From an uncultured Pseudomonadales bacterium (GTDB lineage: Bacteria > Patescibacteriota > Microgenomatia > UBA1400 > UBA1396): a stretch of DNA of 62,751 bases. Positions 30,901-39,900 of the stretch are shown piece after piece (positions within the stretch are counted from its first letter, which is position 1; each line of letters begins with the position of its first letter). The position numbers and the translations under genes were made by a program. Location of the stretch: positions 1 to 62,751 of the forward strand of contig CAYUUK010000008.1 of NCBI GenBank assembly GCA_964447905.1, given 5' to 3'. Below the pieces are notes generated by a model. That model searched no databases and was not told where the DNA came from. It saw nothing but the letters and a program-made list of their open reading frames with translations.

Positions 30901-33900
30901 CGGAACTGCCGTCGTCGGTGATGGTGTCACCGGAGTTGAGCGCGCTGGCGGCGTGGCGGTATTCGTACTGGATAGGTTGGTCGAGGTTGACTACATTGAG
31001 ACCACCGTCGGTGGCTACACCGAGGTGGCGTTGGTTGGCGTGATAGGTGATGTCGAGGTCGTTGACTTTGTTGTTGGTGAGGGCAAAGCGGGTGTGGTTG
31101 TTTTCGCTGAAGACGTTGTCGCCGCTGTTGCGCTCTGAAATAGTTTGGGTGCTTTCGGAGCGGTCGGTGGTGTCCCAGTAGGCTACGGTGTCGGTGGTGA
31201 AGTCGAGTTCGTAGATGCCGGTTTCTGAGGAAGTACCGTTGGTTCCTACGTAAATGTGACCGTCACGAGCCGTGACTGAGCTGATGTCGTTGTTACTGGT
31301 GTCGCCGAGGGCATTGCCGCTGCCTTGTTCGAACTTCATCCAGAGCGAGTTGGTCGAGATGTCGAAAATGTAGAGTTCGTCGGCGGTCCAGACGATGTTG
31401 GCCTTGGTGGGGAAGTGGTTGTTGCCGCAGCGGTCGTCAGAGGCGAGCGTACAGCTTTTTCCGATACCGTCGTCTTTTCTTTCACGGTACCAGCTGAGGG
31501 TTTTGGCCACGGAGGATTTGCGCCAGTTGCCACCGTCGGAGTCGCGCGAAGTGTCGTAGAGGTAGGAGCCCAAAATGCTGGTGACGTCGGTGTTGATACG
31601 CGTTTCGTCTGGGGAGAAGATGTCGCCGTAGACCGTGAGCTTGACGTCGTTGTTTGTGCTGCTGCCGAACTCGACGTTTCCTTGCACGTCGACCTTCAAG
31701 AGTTGTTCTCCTTCGTTGGTGAGCTTGAAGACGTCACCACTGTTGGTGGCTTCTACATGGAGTGTGGCCTCGGTGTCGACAATGCCGATGCCCACGTCAT
31801 GACCGTATTGTTGTAAGATGAGCGGTCGGTGGTTACGCAGTTGGATGTCGTAAATGACTGGTGTGTCGGTACGGGTGCTGCCGGTGTCGAGGTAGGCAAG
31901 GACGCGCCAGTAGTAGCGGTCGTTATTCCAGTTGTTCATGGAGCTTCCTGCGGCCGCTACATCGGCAGTGATGTCGAGTTCTTCGCCTGAGTTGATGTCG
32001 TAGGTACCGCCGTCTTGGTAGTAGGTGCCGTCACCATCTGGGAGCGTAACCGGAGCGGCAAACGTGTTGTTGGTGGAAACCTGGATTTGGAATTTCGGAG
32101 CGATGTTGTCTGTGCCATCGAGGTCCCAAGTGGCTTTGAAGCGGTTCGGTTGGCCGAAGCTCAAGTCTTGGGTTTGGTGACCGGTGCCACTCATGATGTA
32201 GTTAGAAGTCCATGAACGCTCGCCAGGCAAGAAGGAAGCTGAACCGATCAGAGAAATATCTTGAACAGTCGGTGTGTCGCTAGTGGTGGCGCCGGTGTTG
32301 AGGATCGCGCGCACGCGCCAGTAGCGATGGGCGGTGTTGACTTGGCCGCTGACATCGAGTTCTACGCCATCATTAATATCGTAGGTACCGCCGTCTTGGT
32401 AGTAGGAGCCGCCGCCATTTGGATAAATGGTCTCTTCACCGGCGAAAGCACCAGTATTAGAGCCCAGAATTTGGAACTGTGGAGCGGTGTTGTCACTGCC
32501 ATCGAGCGTCCAGTTAATAAGGAGGCTGGCTGGAAGGAAGTTACCAACTGCGCCGGCATCGTACGAGGCAGATGTCCAGGTTTCATCGCCAGTAGCGAAG
32601 TCCACGGTTTCCTCGGAGCCTGGGCTAGCCACAGCTGGAGTTGGGTACGTAAATTGACGCATCTGGGCGTAACCGGTCATATTGTGTTCGCCGTCGGTAT
32701 CGATCTGCTGGTAGTAGGCGTAGACGGGTTTGTCACATTCAAGGCGCCAGTTATCGGTAACGTAGCTGGAAGAGTTTCCGGTGCCAAAGCCGAGGTGATT
32801 CACCGTTGTGTTTGATCCACCTGCGATGGTACCGATTGTTGATGCACCTTGGTGCACAGAACAAGTTGTGCTGGCGTATGGTGCGGCCACAGAAATGTAA
32901 TCGGCACCGTTCGGGGCACCCCAGACAGTACTTAGTTCTTTGCGCTCGTAGAACATGGTGGCTTCAATGCCGTCACTGTCACCATGTTGCTGGGCAGAGA
33001 TGGAGGCGTCTGTAGAAATGAGGCGGCTGGCGGGGGCAGCACCAAAATTTCCGCCGGAAGCTAAATCTGAGCTACTGGCAGAGAGGGAGAATGTTCGGTT
33101 GCCCCCAGCACTGTCGACTTCCGTGGTGTTGGAGGTTGAGGCCTCCGGACCAGCGTTGGTGGCCAAAGATTGGGAGCCAATACCGTAGAGGTACTCATTT
33201 TTGACCAGTGGGGTCAATGGCATGATGTCGTGGGCGCCGCCATCGTTGACAGCTAGGATAGGAATGTCGCTGGTTACTCGAATATTTGTATTGTTTGTGC
33301 TTGAAGTGTCGATACAGGTTCCACTTGAGGTCACTGATCCAGCGCGATCAACGGATCCGCCAGCATAAATGGTGTAGTTTGCCGTTCCCCAGGGACTTAC
33401 CATACAGATAGTGTTGATGCCATTATTGCGGTCGTAGAAGGCAAATTCTTTCGAGGCAAAACTGACTGGAACAATCGTATCAGTGAACGATACATCTGCA
33501 TCTGCTTGGAAGAGACCTTTCGCCGATACAGCCGAGCCTTCTGAGAAGAAGCCAGCCGTGAGGGAACCATTGTCGTACTGGTCGAGAGCCACGGTGCCGC
33601 TGCCAATAGTGATCGAGTTTCCATTCATCATGCTGAAAATGTCGATCGTGGATGCGGCCAAGGTGTCGTGGACAACATACCCAATAGTGCGCTCGGAATC
33701 GTAGGAGAAGGTATCAGCCATGCTGGATTCGCTCGTGGCGCTGCTGTTGCCGTAGAACATATAGATCGTTTCACCAGAGCTGGTAAAGGACTCGGTTTGT
33801 ACCCAAACTTCGGTGTCGGCGGTATTACAGGTGTTTTCTACGATGTAGTAGTTGAGTTCGTTGCCGGCGTCGTCACCGAAGCGCATGTCGGAACAGTCGC

Positions 33901-36900
33901 TTTCCATTTTGCTGCCCGAGATGAGCGAGGCGGTGTCGATGTTGTCGAGCAGAACTTGGTATTCTTGCAGGGTTTCGCCGCCAGTGTAGGTGATGTCGAT
34001 GGGTTGGCGGTAGTTCCAGTTGCGGTAGCTCCAATCGGTGTCAGTGGTAGCGAGGGCGAGTTCGTTGTTGGTGGAGGGGTCCTCAATGCCGGATGTTTTG
34101 GTGCCAGTTTCGAAGTCGGCGGTGCTGGTCCAGCTTTGGGTGAGAGAACCAGAGTTACCATAAAGTTTCAGCTCGTCATTGCGCGCCGGATCTTGCAGGC
34201 CAGTTTGGAAGATGGTGCCGCTGGCGTTGAAGTCGTAGGAGGTGGTCCAGATTTTGTTGAGGGAACCGGTGTTTTGCGTGTAGATTTCGCCAGATTGCTC
34301 GCCAATGGAGTAGACCTTGATGTTGTCGGTGGCGTTCACGAGACCACTGAAGCGGGTTTCGTCAAAGTCCTCATCGAGCGTGATGATGACATCACCCTGG
34401 TATTCTTTGTAAATATCACCACCCTGTACGCGCAAGTCAGGCTCTACGTAGAGGTAGTCACCAGTAGAAGTGATCTGCAGATTTGCGTTACCGGTAATTG
34501 GTTCGGTGCCTTCGTAAATACGGTGCTTTTGTTCGCCGAGCCAGATAGATCCATCGGCTTGACTCAATCGGATCTTGGCAGAGTCCGTAGAGTAGCCACC
34601 GATGAGGATGTCAGGAGTAATGTTGCTCGGGCGGATGACGCCATCAGCGGTATCGAGATACCAGATGCTGCCAGAAGAAGAACTCAGGGCTCCCCACTGC
34701 GTGCCGTCAAAAAGGTACATTTGGTTGTCGCTGGTGTTGAAGTAGAGAGAACCGGCGCCGATAGCAGTCGGGTCGGTGCCAAAGTTCCCAATGCGCAGCT
34801 GATCTTGGGTGACGACAGAGCTCGAAAAAGTAGCGGCGCGAGCGGTGATATCGCCAGTGTCAGCGTTGACGTGGAACTTAGCCGAGGCGGTGCTGCCACC
34901 ACCGATAAGGAGATCAGCCTCAAGGTTTCTGGGGTAAATAGTGGTATCAGCTTCGTTAAAGTACCAGTTCGTGGCGCCTTCGCCAGTAAGTTCCAACCAG
35001 TTGGAGCCGTCAAAGTATTTCACTACATTGTTGCTGGAGTCATAGGCCAGAGCACCGGAACCAATGCCTGTGCCTGGGTCACCAGCGTAGTTACCGAGCT
35101 GGAGTTGTTGGGAGAGCGAGATGTCGCCGTCAACATAGAACTCAATATCGGCTGGCAATGTGTCACCGTCACTATCAATGACGATGCCGACTGCCGAAAC
35201 AAACTGGTCTTCTGTCTTTAAGACGTTGGCGGCTGGTCGGAAGAGATTGGTGTCATTTCCCCAGGTAATACCGTTTTCTTGATCGGTGTTTCCCGCATCT
35301 TGGTAGAGTGCCAAACGGGAAGTTGGTGCAGTACTGCTGCCGATGCGGAGGAAGCCTTGCTCATCGAGCAACATAAAGGTGTTGTCGTTATTGCGGAAGT
35401 GGATATCGCCACCGTTGGGGGTGTTGAGGTAGGTGTCGGAGCCGTTTCCTGCCAAGGAGTAGTTTCCGCTTGTCAGGGTGCTGGCAAACCCGATGCGGCC
35501 GATAGCAGAGTTGCTGCCCGCGTCACCCATCAGGATTTGGGCTCCGCCTGATCCGTCAACTACATGGAACTTAGCACCTGGTGCTGCCGTGCCCACACCA
35601 ATAAAGGTATTGCTGGTGTCGAAGCTCAAGAGATCTGAACCGAAGTTGAGCGCATCCACACCACTCGTGAGGGAAACATCCACGCTCTGAGTAGAGAGGT
35701 CAATAAGAGGGCTGTCAATGTCGATGGCAGTGCTGCCAACTAATTGAATTGTCGGTTCGGTGAGTGCGAGCGTGTTGTCAACGGTGTTGTCGATAGTAGC
35801 GCCGTAAGCCAGTGTGAGCAGGCCATTTGCACCTACGGTGAATCGGGTCGTGCCAGAAGATGAGGCCGTTAAAATGTCATTTCCAAAGGTGTCATTCAGC
35901 GTGACTAAAGCATTGCCGCCAAAGCCGCCTTCTACATTCAAGAGTGACGCCGGCGAGGTAGTACCGATACCCACGTTCCCGTTTTCATCAATGACCATAC
36001 GACCATTGAGAATATCGAGGCTGGTAAAGCCAGAAGCAGCCAGTAAGAGGTCCTCATCACTGCCGCCGGTAGAACCAAAGAGGTACTCAGAGGCACTCAA
36101 GCGGTACGCGGTGCTGCCGGAAATGGTGCCGGCCACCGAAAGCTCGTAGTTTGGTGCGGCGGTGCCGATGCCGACTCGACCGTTGCTCGTGTCGAGGCTC
36201 ATGAGGTCGGAACCAAAATTCAAGGCGTCAATGCTGGTGGCTAGGGAAACATCTACGTTTTGCGTGGAAAGGTCGAGAGTGGCGGAGTCAATGTCGAAGG
36301 CAGTTGAAGCGGTGAGTTGTAAGGTATCTGTGGTTTGGTTGTTGAGAACTACACCGTTGGCGAGAGTGACGTCGCCAGTAACGGCGTTGACGTGGAACTT
36401 GGCTGAAGCGGTGGACGAGCCGCCAACAGCAATGGACTCATAGGATTGGTTGGGCGAGAGCAGGCCGTTGCTGTTACGACTCCAGTACGAGTCACCACCA
36501 CCGCCACCACTGCCAATGTTGTTGTAGAGGTAGTTGAGCGCGTCGATGATGCCTCGGTCAGCGGCGTCAAACAGGTCGAGGTTCGTGTCGGTCAGGGAAA
36601 GCGGAATGGCGTAATCGACATTGCCGTCTTGCAGGCTCAAAGTGCCGGCGGAGTTGAGAGCGATGTTGCCAGATGTGGTGGTGGTAATGTCGAGGTTGCC
36701 GCCGGCGCGCGTGAGGGTTCCTCCAGAGAGGTTCAGTGTTCCGGCAATATCGCTGGTACCGACTCCGTTAATGTCGAGTACCCCGGCGCCGGTAATGTTG
36801 TTCAAGTTTCCATTTCCAGAGGCGTCAACGTAGTAGGTAGTTCCACCGCCCACACTAATACCATTGCTGAACTGCACGTAGTTGGCCAATCCCGTAAGCG

Positions 36901-39900
36901 TGTTGCTGTTCGGAAGGGTGAGGGTGCCGTAGGTGGTGATATTCTGGGAGCCGTCAAAGGTAATTGCCACACCTGTGCTGTCGTAGATGTCGTTCCCCAA
37001 GACTTGCAGATCATCATCAATGGAAAGTGTGCCGTCGCTCAGATCAGCCAAGGAGCCCTCAATGAACAAATTTCCTGTTCCATCCAGGTTGGCAACAGTA
37101 GTTCCAGAGGCGGAAGCTGTGAGTATATTTTGTGTTCCTCTTTCATCTATGACCAGGGCGGCGTTGCCAGCACCACCGCGAATGTTCACCATGCCGCCAG
37201 CGGCAGAGGTTTGGCCAATGGTGACTCTGTCTGGAATAATGAAGTCGTCGCCAGTAATGTCGAGGAAGAGGTCGGTGGAGAAGTTGGAGAAGGTGGCAAA
37301 GCCAGCGCCGCCGTCTCTGAGGGCGATGTCGGCGCCGTCGGCGTCGAGAATGATGTCACCGCTGCTGTCGATGGTGGCATTTCCTGTGGAGTTGAGTGTG
37401 AGCGTGCCTGTTGGGGTAATGCGCAAGTTACCATCTGATGTGATGTCGTCACCATTTACCGCGATGTCACCGCTAGTGGCGAGGTTTCCAGTGATATTTA
37501 CCTGACCACTCAAGAGCTCAATCAAGTCAGCATCGCTCGTGGAACCAACATATTGATTTACCGCTAAGTTTCCGGTGCTCGAGATGTAGGCAATGTCTGA
37601 TCCGCCCGAGTTACGCCAGCTGGAAAGATAGGCACTTTGCCCAGATACACCGCGGATTATCTGGCCGATTTCGGTATCAACCGTGGTGCGAACTTCGAGT
37701 TGTCCCCCTGGAGCTGTGGTGCCCATGCCAATGCCGATGTTTCCGCCTGAGGTAATTGCCAAAGCCGTACCAGAGCCGAACGTGCCGTTGTTTACATTGA
37801 GTTGAATACCGTTACCGGTGCCAGCTTGCAAAACGGCGAAGGCATTGTCGTATCCAACAAATCCTCGGTCGCCGGCAAAGGTAGTGTAGACGCTTGCGTC
37901 AGTGCCATCACCAACACTGATAGCGCCACCGTTGCCGCCTACGTCGAGTAAGGCGCCCGGGTTGGCGCTGCCGATTCCGAGATTACCGCTTTCGTCAATG
38001 ACTACCAGATCATTTCCAGAGGAATCCTGCCAGGAAGAGAGGTTAGCAGTTTGTCCGGCTGAACCTTGAACAGTCAGGGCTGAGCGGTGGGCGAGTTGAG
38101 ATGACAGCGTGGCACCGCGTGCCTGTAAGTAGCCGGCATCTTCCCCAATTCCAAAAATCTGAGCAACGGCAGAGCTGGTGGCGGTGCCACCAATGGCGAG
38201 ATCAAACGCAGAGTTCGCAGGAGAAAGGACATTTTGGTTTTCTTGCCAGAGCTGTATGGCTGGAGTGACCTCTTGGCCATTTACAAATAACTGTCCGCCG
38301 ACTTCGAGGATGTCTTCAATGTAGAGGTCATTGTCGGTGCTCGCCTGGGAAGCCGTGCCACCATCAGAAATTGCGTTGTAGGTTTGCGGAGAAATACCGC
38401 CAATTGCCAGGATGGTTGCCTGGAGGTTGTTGGTCACGGTGAGGTTGTCACCAATGGTGAAGCTGTCGTCGGTGGCCAGCGTGTCGGCAGCAGAACGGTA
38501 GATGTTGGTGTCGCCGCCAATGACAATACCGCCGCTTGAGCCTTGAGTGTCCAGGCTCAGTTGGCCGTTGTTATTGACTGTGAGGATTTGTCCGCCGGTG
38601 CCGTTGATTACCAGTGGGTTACTGCCTGCGTAGGTCGCGCTCAGCGTAGCGCCCGGAGCAGCTAGGTAGCCGTCAATTGTTGTGTTTCCCAAGGCATCGA
38701 CCACAAATTTCTCATCGAGCGAAGAGCCGCCAGCCAAAGAAATGAGGTTGTGGGTCGTGTTGTCGTTGCCGACTTCGCCGCGGATCAGGTTGCCGCTGGT
38801 GAGGTTGGAGTTAGAGATGTAGAGAGAGTCATTGGTGCTGGTAGAAGAGAGGACTTGTACTGAACCCTCACCATCTGGTTGGAAAGAAATGTCACCGTCA
38901 CTACCGGTCTCTGTTTGGAAGAGGAGCGATTCGCCTTGAATTAAAAACGCACCAGATGAAGCAATCAAGCTCGGGTTGTCGGCACCAATGATTATCTCGC
39001 CGAGTGCGTTAATAACCGGAATAGAGTTGATACCTCCATCCAGATCTACTGGGAATCCCTGCACGGTTTCCGAGTTTAAGGCGTACGGTACAGAGGCAAT
39101 TCGCTGACGAGGTGAGAGAATCTCACTCGAGACCTGAACTTCGAGCCAGACCTCGGTATTTTCGCTAAAGACGTTTTCAGTAATCTCATCTCCACAGCCA
39201 TCCACTGATTCACCCAGAAGAATAGAGAAGATACCGTCCTGATCAGGGTCAATAGAACAGGCGCCTGCGTCTGAAGAGTCCCAGAGTACGTTTCCACTTG
39301 TTTCGGCGTCGTAGAGGCGGAAGGTGAAGTTAATGGGGGTAGTAATTGGCGTCCGGCCTGAGTCAGTCAAGCGACCCTGGAAGTTGAGGATTCTCCCTGG
39401 TCGACTCGCTTCGCTCGGGTAGGCGAACTGTTGATCAACATTCACATAGAACTGTTGGTACCCAAACAGTCCAATCATCACCGAGAAGACAACCAAGATA
39501 CCTAAATGCAGGTAGCTAGAGATTTTCCAGGAGTGGTACTGGTCATACCAGCCAAGTAAGCTTCTCTGCACAGTGAGCGCACCAGCTGTCTGAGCAACCT
39601 GCTCTGATTTTCCACCAGATACAGACGAAGGCAGGTTGCCTGTTTTTCGTTTTTCAAACAGTGCTAACGGGGTGAAGGCATCGATAACCGCTTGTTTCTG
39701 TTTATCGAACCAAGTTTGGTAAGGATTCTCGGATATAAACTCCTCTTTGGCCGCCCATTGGCAGAAGCGCTTCAGACTGGCTTCTTTTCGTTGCACAGTA
39801 CTGCGCGTAAGGCCTTTGTTGCGGCGTTCGTTAGTCAGGTACTCGGCAATTTTGGGTTTTCGGCATATTTCGTCAAATGACTGCGCTGGATAGGCATCAC

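Noticed and set aside
25095-39880. Dozens of 60-517-aa ORFs in the other five frames across the giant gene (for example 33668..35221 +, 36446..37438 +).
   Set aside because: All lie inside the single 15.4-kb minus-strand ORF. Their translations are low-complexity Gly/Val/Ala/Arg strings typical of antisense or off-frame reading of a GC-rich, repeat-rich gene. None has a ribosome-binding site or a recognisable motif.
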